A DNA stretch of 64,000 bases from positions 515 to 64,514 of the forward strand of contig JAFTKH010000017.1 of assembly GCA_017453365.1 (NCBI GenBank). The letters run 5' to 3'. Below, piece by piece: positions 40,563-49,900 of this stretch. Made by a program: the position numbers and the translations under genes. This DNA comes from Clostridia bacterium (GTDB lineage Bacteria > Bacillota > Clostridia > Oscillospirales > CAG-272). The notes beneath the pieces are model-generated. The model ran no database searches. It saw nothing but the letters and a program-made list of their open reading frames with translations, and was not told the DNA's origin. Numbering within the stretch: the stretch's first letter is position 1; each line of letters opens with the position of its first letter.

Positions 40563-40772
40563 AAAAATCTCCCACAAAGAAAATTACATTTAGGGAGATT
40601 ATAGCACCCGCGCCCGTCCTAGGACAAGTCGTATATACCGTTAAAATATCCAAAAGTTACGACTGTTTTTCCCCTCTTCGCCGAGCGTTGCTTAACTTTT
40701 TTCAAAAAATAACGGCAAGCGACAAAAAAAGAGATGACGGAAAGACTCAAATTTCGAATCTTTCCGCCTAAA

Positions 40773-40970
40773 CTATTTTTTCTTGTAGTAGAGCATACAG
40801 TGGCAATAGCCCTCAAAATCGGGGTCGGCTATCTGGTCGCGAAACTCGCGGCACATACATTTATTATCCTCCGTTCGTGCAAGGCGGCAGGGACAATATC
40901 CGCCGGTGCGGCGGAGCCCCTCTTTAATAGCCTTCACGACCTCTTCGTCCTCATTAAGCTTTACCTTCAT
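40773..40970 (-). CDS. Ferredoxin:thioredoxin reductase catalytic subunit-like protein
   Basis: GYCPC...CMC...GYCHC.LY. Confidence 0.85.
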   Translation of the reverse strand: MKVKLNEDEEVVKAIKEGLRRTGGYCPCRLARTEDNKCMCREFRDQIADPDFEGYCHCMLYYKKK

Positions 40971-41281
40971 CAGATATACCTCTCGATAAGCGCGCGAAGC
41001 TTTTCCTTCTCAACGTAGCCGAGAGAAAAGTCGGCGTAGGTATTATCCTTTACGATAGCTACGAGGGGAATGCTCTCGACCTTAAATAGCTTCACAAGCT
41101 CGGGCGAGGTATCGACGTTCGCCTTACAGAATTTAACGGTGGGGAGCTCTCCTTCGAGCTCTTCGAGCACCGGTGCGAGCATCTTACACGGGCCGCACCA
41201 ATCGGCATAAAGGTCTATAACGACGGTACCGCTGTACTCCTCGACCTCGCTTTTAAAATTACTGTCAGTTAAAACAACCAT
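40970..41281 (-). CDS. trxA: Thioredoxin
   Basis: WCGPC active site. Confidence 0.9.
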   Translation of the reverse strand: MVVLTDSNFKSEVEEYSGTVVIDLYADWCGPCKMLAPVLEELEGELPTVKFCKANVDTSPELVKLFKVESIPLVAIVKDNTYADFSLGYVEKEKLRALIERYI

Positions 41282-41371
41282 ATTTAAACCTCCTTCCTAT
41301 CCTATTATAACAATTATAACAGTAAAATGCAAACAAAGTATAAAAAATAACTTAAATTTTATTAAAAAATC

Positions 41372-41400
41372 TTGACAGTCGGGCAAATCGGTTATATTAT
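41372..41400 (+). promoter_or_regulatory. Sigma-A promoter of the thioesterase gene
   Basis: TTGACA-17bp-TATTAT. Confidence 0.7.
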
Positions 41401-41423
41401 TAAATAAAAAACGGACGGTAAAT

Positions 41424-42137
41424 ATGAAATACAGCTACGAGCTTTCCGTCGATGTACACGACGTCGACCACAACGGTGTTGCGAGGTGCTCCTCGCTTAT
41501 GAGGTATATACAGACTGCGGCGCAGTCGCAGCTCACGGAGAACGGTATGTCCTACGACGAGCTGTACAGAAATCACCGCGCCTTCATACTCTCGAGAATA
41601 AAAATGGAATTCACCAAGACGGTAAGAGCCTACGACGTTCTTCGCGCTATCTCCTATCCGTGTGACAGCCGCGGCTATAGCTTCCTTCGCTGCTACGCTA
41701 TCGAATGCGGCGGTGAGACCATAGGCCGCGCAGTATCGATATGGGCCCTTATCGACACGGAGACACACGGACTCGTGAAGGTTGGGGATTTCAATCTGGG
41801 TATCGACACAGAGGCGCCGGGTGAGCTCGCTCTTTCTCGCTTCGTCCTTCCCTCTGATATTGCCTTCGCCGGTACTTATACGGTAAACTACGGGGACCTC
41901 GACCAAAACTGCCACATGAACAATACCCGTTATCCCGATATGTATGCGAACTTTCTCCCGCTCGACGGCAAGAGGATAAAAACCCTCTCGATAAGCTATA
42001 TGAACGAGGCTCCGAGGGGCGAGCGGCTGTCCGTTTACGTTTCCCGTGGCGGAGAGAACCTCTACTATATACGGACCGTCCGAGAGGACGGCAAGACGAA
42101 TACCGAGGCAGAAATCGAGCTCGCAGATATAGATTGA
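41424..42137 (+). CDS. Acyl-ACP thioesterase (double hotdog)
   Basis: DVDHNG, DLDQNCHMNNTRY, ISYMNEA. Confidence 0.85.
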   Translation: MKYSYELSVDVHDVDHNGVARCSSLMRYIQTAAQSQLTENGMSYDELYRNHRAFILSRIKMEFTKTVRAYDVLRAISYPCDSRGYSFLRCYAIECGGETIGRAVSIWALIDTETHGLVKVGDFNLGIDTEAPGELALSRFVLPSDIAFAGTYTVNYGDLDQNCHMNNTRYPDMYANFLPLDGKRIKTLSISYMNEAPRGERLSVYVSRGGENLYYIRTVREDGKTNTEAEIELADID

Positions 42138-42234
42138 TATTGCAATTCTTGCGCTTGCTGCTTCTTCACGTCAAAGCTTGTATTTATTTGACAAATTATG
42201 ACGGTTATCAGTTCAATACCGAGCCTTAAGTATG

Positions 42235-42268
42235 CCGACGAGCACGCTGCATGCAGCGTGCTCGTCGG
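42235..42268. terminator. Perfect 34-bp palindrome followed by a T-rich tract (probable terminator)
   Basis: ccgacgagcacgctgcatgcagcgtgctcgtcgg is its own reverse complement. Confidence 0.6.
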
Positions 42269-42541
42269 TGTTTTATTATTTTTTAATGCTTTTCCATACG
42301 CTCGGTGCCAATTTATGCAATAATTTCGTTTTTTGCGATATATTAACGTTAACAAACCGCAAAAAATTAACGACACGAAAATCTCCGGTATGCTAGAATA
42401 ATAGCAAAGCAAGTACATAGCGTGAAATTAACTTTAGGTTATTCGTGCGCCTGAAATTCCCTAGTGGCGGGTCCCTCCCCGACGTCGGCACAGATGCACC
42501 TAGAATTTCGTTATACTTTTTTCGGCAGAATGGAGATTATT

Positions 42542-42835
42542 ATGAAAAGAAGAACAGAGGAATTAACGGTTGTAAAATCGACTACGGTGGAGCGCGACGG
42601 CGCGCTCTTCTGCTATTCTCTCATCAAAAAATCGAGCGGTCACGTCTCCAGCTTCGGTATTCCACTCTACTCGATACAGATAGAGCTGACCGACAGTGAA
42701 GGAAGAAAAACCGAGGCGTGCGCAGGCGACGTCTTCGTCGATATCGGTAAGGCACTCGTATTCTTCGACAGAATGGTAAAAAATCTCGCGACACCGATAG
42801 ACCTCGCATACGTTATAGAGGACGAGTTAAGATAA
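42542..42835 (+). CDS. Small conserved Firmicutes protein (DUF6514-like)
   Basis: YSIQI...DVF.D...A..FF...N.ATP.DL.YVIED; GGAG RBS. Confidence 0.55.
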   Translation: MKRRTEELTVVKSTTVERDGALFCYSLIKKSSGHVSSFGIPLYSIQIELTDSEGRKTEACAGDVFVDIGKALVFFDRMVKNLATPIDLAYVIEDELR

Positions 42836-43711
42836 GGAGTTCATATCGGAAAAGAGCTTATCGGCAATTTCCGCTATACGGGAGCGCTCCGTACCATCCG
42901 CGGTTTTAAGCAACGTCTTTTTAGGAAGGCCCCAGATACCAAAGCTGCTCGGCCCTATCCACGTAAAGCTCTCCGTAGACTCGAAGACACCGCGAAGAAT
43001 AGAGAGCGCAGCGCGGCGCGGCTTCATAAATATCACCTTCATCGGGTGCTTTATAAGGGCGAAGACAGGCTTCGGGTAATGGGCCGTTATATTAGTGAAG
43101 GTAATGCCGGGATGCGTGACGGCGAGGGCCGCCCTGCTGTTTTCAAAGAGTGGGTAGAGGGAGTACATAAGAAATCTTTTCGCATTACCGTAGACGAGTG
43201 ATGCACGGCGGCGACGGGAAAAATCGACGTCAGACTCGTCGAGGGAGGAGTAGTTATGCGCTATGCTCCCGACTGCGACCACCCTGCCTCCTCTATTTTC
43301 AAGCATAGGGAGAAGCCTTCTTATAATATAATAGGGGTGAAGAAAGTTTATGGCAAAGACGTTATCGTAACCCTCACGAGTTTTACAGCGGGGAATGCTA
43401 TAGGCTCCCGCGTTGTGTATAAATACGTCTATGCCGATGTCAAAAAGCGCCTCTGTAGAGCTCCTCACACTCTCCATATCGGAGAGGTCCAGTATAAGCG
43501 TACGCACCGAAAGGTGCGGGTAGCTTCGCTTTAGCTCCTCGACAAGAGCCGCCTGCTTCACGCTGTTTCTGTCAAGAAGAACAAGAGTCGCTCCGAGGGC
43601 TGCAAGATAGCGGCACAGCTCCCTGCCAAGACCGCCCGTCGAGCCCGTTATAGCAACCGTCCTCCCGCGAAGGGAGGACGTATTTTTTTCAAGCCATTTA
43701 TTTACGGTCAT
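42827..43711 (-). CDS. Short-chain dehydrogenase/reductase
   Basis: TGSTGGLG, HNAG, YGNAK, HPG. Confidence 0.85.
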   Translation of the reverse strand: MTVNKWLEKNTSSLRGRTVAITGSTGGLGRELCRYLAALGATLVLLDRNSVKQAALVEELKRSYPHLSVRTLILDLSDMESVRSSTEALFDIGIDVFIHNAGAYSIPRCKTREGYDNVFAINFLHPYYIIRRLLPMLENRGGRVVAVGSIAHNYSSLDESDVDFSRRRRASLVYGNAKRFLMYSLYPLFENSRAALAVTHPGITFTNITAHYPKPVFALIKHPMKVIFMKPRRAALSILRGVFESTESFTWIGPSSFGIWGLPKKTLLKTADGTERSRIAEIADKLFSDMNSLS

Positions 43712-43715
43712 AGCA

Positions 43716-44192
43716 TCAGCCGTTTTCGCGCGAGCATTTCTCGGCATCTATAGCGAGGACGAGCATAAGAACGGCGAGGGCGTTATCCTCATACTCAACG
43801 TCAATGGAATAGGTATCAGTCCAATTGAAGAGCTCCTTCGACACACGTGCTACGGGAAGTCCCATAATATCGAGGACGGTATAATCCCACTCAAAGAAGC
43901 TGCCGTCGACCTGCCAGCCCTTATAATCTATCGTAAATTTAGGGCGGAAGAAGGTAAACTGTTTTTTAATCTGCCCTGCGTACTCACCCTCAAGGTAAAT
44001 ATCGTATTTAGGAAGGAAGGTGAGCACCTTTTCCTTCACCATACCGACCTCGCGCCCCGACTTATCGTAGACGCGGAAGCAGTGTCCCCAGGCAAGCTGA
44101 CCCTTCACGGTGTAGACGGTATTCCCCGTCTCGTCGAAGATGTCGTAGCTGTCAAACCAGGAGAATAGCTTCTGTTTAAATAAGAGCTTCAA
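43716..44192 (-). CDS. LURP-one/tubby-like (scramblase family) protein
   Basis: KQKLFSWFDSYDI, KEL..WTDTY.ID, LAID. Confidence 0.85.
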   Translation of the reverse strand: MKLLFKQKLFSWFDSYDIFDETGNTVYTVKGQLAWGHCFRVYDKSGREVGMVKEKVLTFLPKYDIYLEGEYAGQIKKQFTFFRPKFTIDYKGWQVDGSFFEWDYTVLDIMGLPVARVSKELFNWTDTYSIDVEYEDNALAVLMLVLAIDAEKCSRENG

Positions 44193-45046
44193 AATTCATC
44201 CCCCCATATACCTCTTATATGCTTCGCATAAATTTTATTGATAACAAAAAGTCCGTCGTCGGTTGCGGCTCTGTGAGTTTTCACACCGTAGTTGTATTTA
44301 GGTGCGTCCTCGAGCGAATAGAACTGATAGAGGTGAACCTCATGCTTCGACATGTGGTGGCGATAGTTAGCCATCTCGCGCTGCTCGTAGGTCCACTGCC
44401 CCTTCGAAACGTATTCCTTCACCCAGTCGGGCTGCTGCTTCACATACTCGCGGTTGTCAACGAGCTCGACGAGGGAGAGAAGCTTATTATTTTCGTCGAC
44501 GTAGAACATACCGCAACGGGGATCAAACCACACCCAAGTGTCCTCAAGGTATATCTCGCAGGTGATGTGTCCGCTCAAGTGCATAATAATCCTACCGGGG
44601 AGCCCCATAACCTCACAGAGAGCGACCATAAGTCTGCCGACACATTCACAGAGATTTTCACCCTTTGCTATAAGCACCTCCTCGGAGCCGCCGAAAAACT
44701 TCAGGTGCTCGGGTATCTCCTTACCGTTATGTAAATAAAGGTCACGGATAAACACGAGGATAGCAAGAACACGCTCGCGGTCGGTTTTACACCCCGCTAT
44801 AACGCGAGCAACCTCATTCTCGAGAACGGGACGCGAGCCCTTCCTGTATCTGACGGGGCCGGGCTTCGCATAGAGGTATTCCCTAGTTTCGGGACAGAGG
44901 AGTATCTGCTCCTTCAGTCTCTGCCACTCGACGTTATCGCCGTAATTTATATGAAGCTGTTCCCAGTTCATAGTATATGCCCATTTTTCGTCATCTGTCT
45001 TCAATACGTTAAGTATGTTAAGACCCTGATAATCGCTTATGTTCAA
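44189..45046 (-). CDS. Transglutaminase-like (Cys-His-Asp) domain protein
   Basis: CECVGRLMVALCEVMGLPGRI...HITCEIY...WVWFDP; own promoter TTGACT-17-TATAAT at 45092-45120. Confidence 0.75.
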   Translation of the reverse strand: MNISDYQGLNILNVLKTDDEKWAYTMNWEQLHINYGDNVEWQRLKEQILLCPETREYLYAKPGPVRYRKGSRPVLENEVARVIAGCKTDRERVLAILVFIRDLYLHNGKEIPEHLKFFGGSEEVLIAKGENLCECVGRLMVALCEVMGLPGRIIMHLSGHITCEIYLEDTWVWFDPRCGMFYVDENNKLLSLVELVDNREYVKQQPDWVKEYVSKGQWTYEQREMANYRHHMSKHEVHLYQFYSLEDAPKYNYGVKTHRAATDDGLFVINKIYAKHIRGIWGDEF

Positions 45047-45147
45047 TTTTATGCGCTCCTTTTTAAAATTAAGTAATTATATTTTACCTTGATTATAGCG
45101 TACTGAAGATAAAAAGTCAATAGAAAAAGCTAATTTTAAAATAATAG

Positions 45148-45180
45148 GCCGGCTCAAGTTTTCCTGTAGCTTGAGCCGGC
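45148..45180 (-). terminator. Terminator hairpin
   Basis: gccggctcaag...cttgagccggc. Confidence 0.65.
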
Positions 45181-45204
45181 ATCTATCGCGCTATCGAATT
45201 TAAA

Positions 45205-46776
45205 TTATCCCTCGTCGGTATAATACCTCCGAAGAGTTTCCATATTACCGTCCGTCAGTGCACCGTCCCATATCATAAGCTCGTCTATCGATACACCGAA
45301 CTTAAAGGGGTATTCGCCCGTCGCATCCTGTCCGACCGTGAGTCCCGCAGTGCCGATTGACACGTCCTTAAGCAGGGGCCAGAAGAAGGCCTTGGCCACG
45401 CATTTAAAATCGTGGTAAATAGACACCCTGCCCTCTTCGCGGTTGAAAACAAGCGCGAGGTGTACCCAGCCATACTGAAAGCCGTCGGGGAGAGGAGCAT
45501 CAAGTGCAAGCGTTTTCCCCAGGAGAGAGAGGTCGAGGCGCGTCGAATGAACGGGGGGAGAAACGTATGTATTTCTCACCGAGCAAAGGAGAAAGCCGTC
45601 AGTCTGCTCTTCCTTCGCCACCTCGTCAAAATCCTCGCTGGGCTTATTAGCAAAAAGCGGTGCGTCCATAAAGCAAAACGGAGTTTTTATCCAAGCGGTT
45701 ATCGAGAAGCTCCTGTTTCCGGGGGCAAAATCCTCAAGCGTAAGGTATCCGTCGTCAAGATTAAGGGCGTTCCCGAAATAGCCCTCAACACCTCTCGCAT
45801 CACCGCGGATGAGATAAGGATACGGGCCGTCGTCAAAGCTCGCATAGCTCAAGAGAGGAGGCATATCGGCATTTCCCTCTTGAGGCGTTATATTGCGCGC
45901 CGCCCTTGCCGAGCGACCTCTTTCGTAGCGGTCATCGTAATATTTCGGCCTCTCTCCCGCGGTTAGTCCAACGAAGAGCCCCGAGGGTACACGTGCTGTA
46001 TAGACGCTCGGAGCTTCAATCCCGAGGGCATAGAGGACTATAGCGGCTGTGTCGCGAAACTCAATATCGCGCGGCTCGCCATTCCCCTCAACAGTTCTTC
46101 CCCGTGCTGCGAAGAGAACGTATTTCTCCTCATCCGACAGACCGCCGTGTCTTTTTGCCGCCGTGCCGCCGTGGTCGGACGTGACGATGAAGAGTGTATC
46201 GTCTATCAACCCGCGCTCGGCGAGCTTATCGAAAATTCTGCCGATATAGCCGTCGAGCTTCGTAATCTCAGCAAGGTGCGGAGCACTACCGTAGCCGTCG
46301 AGGTGCCCTCTCGTATCTGCGCCGCCGAAATGTACGAAGAGCACAGAGGGAGTGTTATTATCGAGGTAGTCTCCCGATATGAAATCGACAAGAGCAGTAT
46401 CGTACAGATGCTTCTTCGTTATTCCTGCATCGTCCTCGACCGTGCCGTTTATTCCTATCCAGCTAAAGAGTGCCGCGGCATCCATATCGGGATAGGTCTC
46501 CTTCGCAAGCTTTAGGAAGGACGGATAGCGGGCGGCAGATTCGGGAAATGGGAATTTCTCAACGTAGTAATTCTCAATAATCCCGTGGTGCTCGGGATTT
46601 ACGCCGTGAAGGAATGACATCCAGCACGGGCAGCTCGACGTCGGAGTGGTAGCTCGCATCCTATAGGTCTTCGCATAGCCTTCAAATATTCTGTCAATAT
46701 TCGGTGTTTCCGTGTCCTTAAAGAACGCGCCCGCACCGTCAACGCCTATTATTACGACGTGCTTATAATCAGCCAT
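45205..46776 (-). CDS. Alkaline-phosphatase-superfamily (NPP/phosphodiesterase) enzyme with one LamG domain, no signal peptide
   Basis: IGVDGAG, PTSS.P.W, D..GH..GY, VTSDHGG; C-terminal FSITAWIK...WVHLALV...IDELMIW. Confidence 0.8.
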   Translation of the reverse strand: MADYKHVVIIGVDGAGAFFKDTETPNIDRIFEGYAKTYRMRATTPTSSCPCWMSFLHGVNPEHHGIIENYYVEKFPFPESAARYPSFLKLAKETYPDMDAAALFSWIGINGTVEDDAGITKKHLYDTALVDFISGDYLDNNTPSVLFVHFGGADTRGHLDGYGSAPHLAEITKLDGYIGRIFDKLAERGLIDDTLFIVTSDHGGTAAKRHGGLSDEEKYVLFAARGRTVEGNGEPRDIEFRDTAAIVLYALGIEAPSVYTARVPSGLFVGLTAGERPKYYDDRYERGRSARAARNITPQEGNADMPPLLSYASFDDGPYPYLIRGDARGVEGYFGNALNLDDGYLTLEDFAPGNRSFSITAWIKTPFCFMDAPLFANKPSEDFDEVAKEEQTDGFLLCSVRNTYVSPPVHSTRLDLSLLGKTLALDAPLPDGFQYGWVHLALVFNREEGRVSIYHDFKCVAKAFFWPLLKDVSIGTAGLTVGQDATGEYPFKFGVSIDELMIWDGALTDGNMETLRRYYTDEG

Positions 46777-46869
46777 AATTTCCTCGTTTCGATTTTTTAT
46801 TTTATTTTATATTTTCTCGGAGCAATTGTCAATGGGAGAGAGTCTTTTTCATTTCCGTGTATTTTTGGT

Positions 46870-46917
46870 AACCCCTCCGTTACGGCAAAGCCGTGACATC
46901 TCCCCTTCCACACGGGT
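46870..46917. repeat. REP-like palindromic element
   Basis: aacccctccgttacggcaaagccgtgacatctccccttcc; similar layout to the element at 51169-51259. Confidence 0.45.
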
Positions 46918-46925
46918 GTTTGGTC

Positions 46926-46962
46926 AAAAGAAGCCGCGCCAAAAGCGCGGCTTCTCCTTTTT
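46926..46962 (-). terminator. Terminator of the large-protein/peptide operon
   Basis: agaagccgcgc-caaaa-gcgcggcttct flanked by A and T runs. Confidence 0.75.
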
Positions 46963-46973
46963 TATCTAAAAGC

Positions 46974-49900
46974 TTACTCTGCTGCGACTGTTGCGGGGTG
47001 CGGGTTTATCTGCGAGAAGTAGCTCTCGAGGTTCACCACATCGTCCGCGGTAAGTGCCGAGCGGAATACCATAAGCTCATCCAAATACATCAGAGGAGCG
47101 TGGTTGGTATCTGCTGTACCGTACTCGCCTATTGTGAAGGGCTGCGCATCAGCAGAAAGATCGGCAGGAATTTTCGTACTACTATTGTAGTAAGTGATAT
47201 CAGTGCTGTAAACCTCAACGAAGTTAAAATATACTACAAGCTTACTATTCGTTCTATCCATGCTTACAGCAACATGTGTCCATTCATTCACAGCTATATT
47301 ACCCGAAAGCGTACATATAGCCTGCATTCCGGCGGTACCGTCACCGATGGTGACTGCAAGATTATTGTACTCAAGATCCAAAAGAATGTTCATACCGAGA
47401 TTTTCACGGGAAAGGCCTGCCGCTGTCGATACTATCGGGAGCTTATATCTGCTTGCACCGCCCATGGTTAAATTGGTAGGATTAATCCAGAAGGATACGG
47501 TGAAATCACCGTTTTCGAGCTTCAAATCTTCAACCGTCTGGTAGTTGCTTCCCGAGTAGTATGCAGAGGTGCCCGCTACACCGTTGTAGCCGCTACCATA
47601 GGTAGTTGTTCCGGTTTCTGTGACAGTGGTATTTAGAGTTCCTTCCGTATTAAGGTTACCATCAAATCCTAAATAAAGCTCGGGGGCCTTATCCTCACCG
47701 AGGTAATCGGAGACAGGATTAATGTAGTAATCCTTAAGCTTTGCAACGTCTGCTTCAGTTACTGCCCTATTAAAGATCATAAGGTCATCCATATAAACCT
47801 TGGGAGTCTTCGTCAGGGGAGATGCATACTGTCCGACTGTGAACGGCATAGCATCCATATCAGCATCCTGCGGGAATGCAGCTCCGCCATAACAAGTTAT
47901 AACGTTAGTGGTATTTCCGTTTATATCAGATACCTTGACAAAGTCATAGTATACCTCAAGAGTATCTGAATCTCCGTCCTTATTAACACTTATCGTTATA
48001 TGCGTCCACCTATTCTCGTAGGTATCAGCAGGAAGGGAATACTGATACTGTGCACCGTCAGTTACATCATCACTTCCCATAGTAATTGCGAGGTAGTCTC
48101 TTTCATTATTGAGCAATACGTTCAGGCCTGCATCTTCACGTCCGTCACCGACGCTCGTCGACAAAAGTGCGAATATCCATCTATCAGAAGAGGTATTACC
48201 GTTTGTCAAATCTGTAGGATTCAACCAGAAGGAGAAGGAGAAGCTGCCTGTGCCGAGCTTCACATCCTCAAGGGTTGCGTAATTCGTGCCGCTGAAATAG
48301 ATAGAGCCGCTCTCGGTTCCGTCATAGCCGGAGCCGTAGGTTGAGGTGCCGGTAGCGGTGATGCCGCTGGGCTGGCTGCCCTCCTGGTGAAGGTCGCCGT
48401 TAAAGTCAAGGTATACCTCGGGCTGAGTATCGTTGTCGAATACGCTGATAGCGCCCTCGTCAACTATTGGAGTCTTATTATAATATTCAACAAGAGCATT
48501 CAAATCCTTATTCGTGAAGGCACCGTTCCAAACCATAAACTCGTCGACGGTAAGGCCTGCCTTTTCTGCGTCGTAGCCTGCATCCTGACCTATTACGAGA
48601 TACTCGTATACGGTAGTGAGGTCAACCACGGACATATCGGTCGAGCCTCTGTCGCTGGCTATCTCTACAGTCGTGAACTCACCGAAGTCGTAGCACATAC
48701 GAAGCTCGTTGTTGGCTCTGTCAACTACGAGGGTTACGTGCGTCCAGCCCTTCACAACCTCGGCGGGGTCAAGGTCGGTCTTAATTCTACAGCCTGCCTC
48801 ACCGTTTCCGATATTGAAGTAGGTGTAATACTGGATAGGACCGGTCAGGCGCTCTGCGACGAAGTTAAAGCCGTGACCCGTAGTTCCCCACTGTCCGTTC
48901 GAGAGTATTACGGACGAGCCGTGGTGTGCGGGAGTCTTCATCCAGAAGGTTACGGTAAAGCTATCAGTACCGGGTGCGAAGCCGTCGAGGGTCAGATATC
49001 CGCGGTCAAGGCTCGCCGCGCTACCGAAGTAGCCGTCGATATAGTTAACTATACCGCCCTCTGTTACTGTAGCGCCCTGCGTATCGGTCGCAGTACCGTC
49101 AAGGGGAAGGTAGTTGATAAGCTCCTTATCAACGTAGTCGGTTACGTAGCTGCCGCTACCAAGGGCGGGAGTATCAGTAGGTACTACGTCGCGGGGGTTA
49201 TCGGGGTCGTGGTATACGGGACGCTCCTCGGCACTAACACCGTCGAAGAGGTTCTCGGGAATGCAGCCCGTATAGGTCTCGGGAGCTGCGATACCAAGAG
49301 CATAGAGTGCGATAGCCGCGGTGTCGCGGTTATCAACACCGTCGATAGTTCCGCCGTTCTTAACAGTCTTACCTGCTACGGCGAAGAGAACGTACTGCTC
49401 GGCATCGGACTGACCGCCGTGGGTAGTGCCCGTTCCGCCGTGATCAGCGGTTACGATGAAGAGGGTCTCATCAAGAATTCCGAGAGCCTCATAAGCTGCG
49501 TAAATCTCTCCGATATCTGCATCAGAGTCTGCTATTGCTGTAGCGTACTGTTCAACGTCTGCGCTGTAGCCGTAGCCGTGACCAGCAGCATCGGGAGCGT
49601 GAAGGTGTACGAAGAGGGCCTTCGGTGCGCTATCCTTAAGATACGTACCGGTTATGTAGTTCATAAGGTCGGTATCGTTGTTATTCGTACAGATCTCGTC
49701 AATACCAACACCGTCCTCAACACAGCCGTTAATGCCGCACCAGGAGTAGAGAGCTCCGACTCTCTCGTCAGGATAAGCTTCCTTCACAAGCTTTAAGAAG
49801 GACGGATACTTTGAGTTAGTGTAGGATGCACCGTCTGCCTCAACTGCCTCGTTCTCATAAATTCCGTGATGCTCGGGAAGAACACCGTGAAGGTGAGATG

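Noticed and set aside
40600-40700. Riboswitch upstream of the uL15-fusion gene
   Set aside because: An agtcgta/tacgact inverted repeat is present, but the region is better explained by a TTGTCC-18-TATAAT promoter and no aptamer consensus was recognised.
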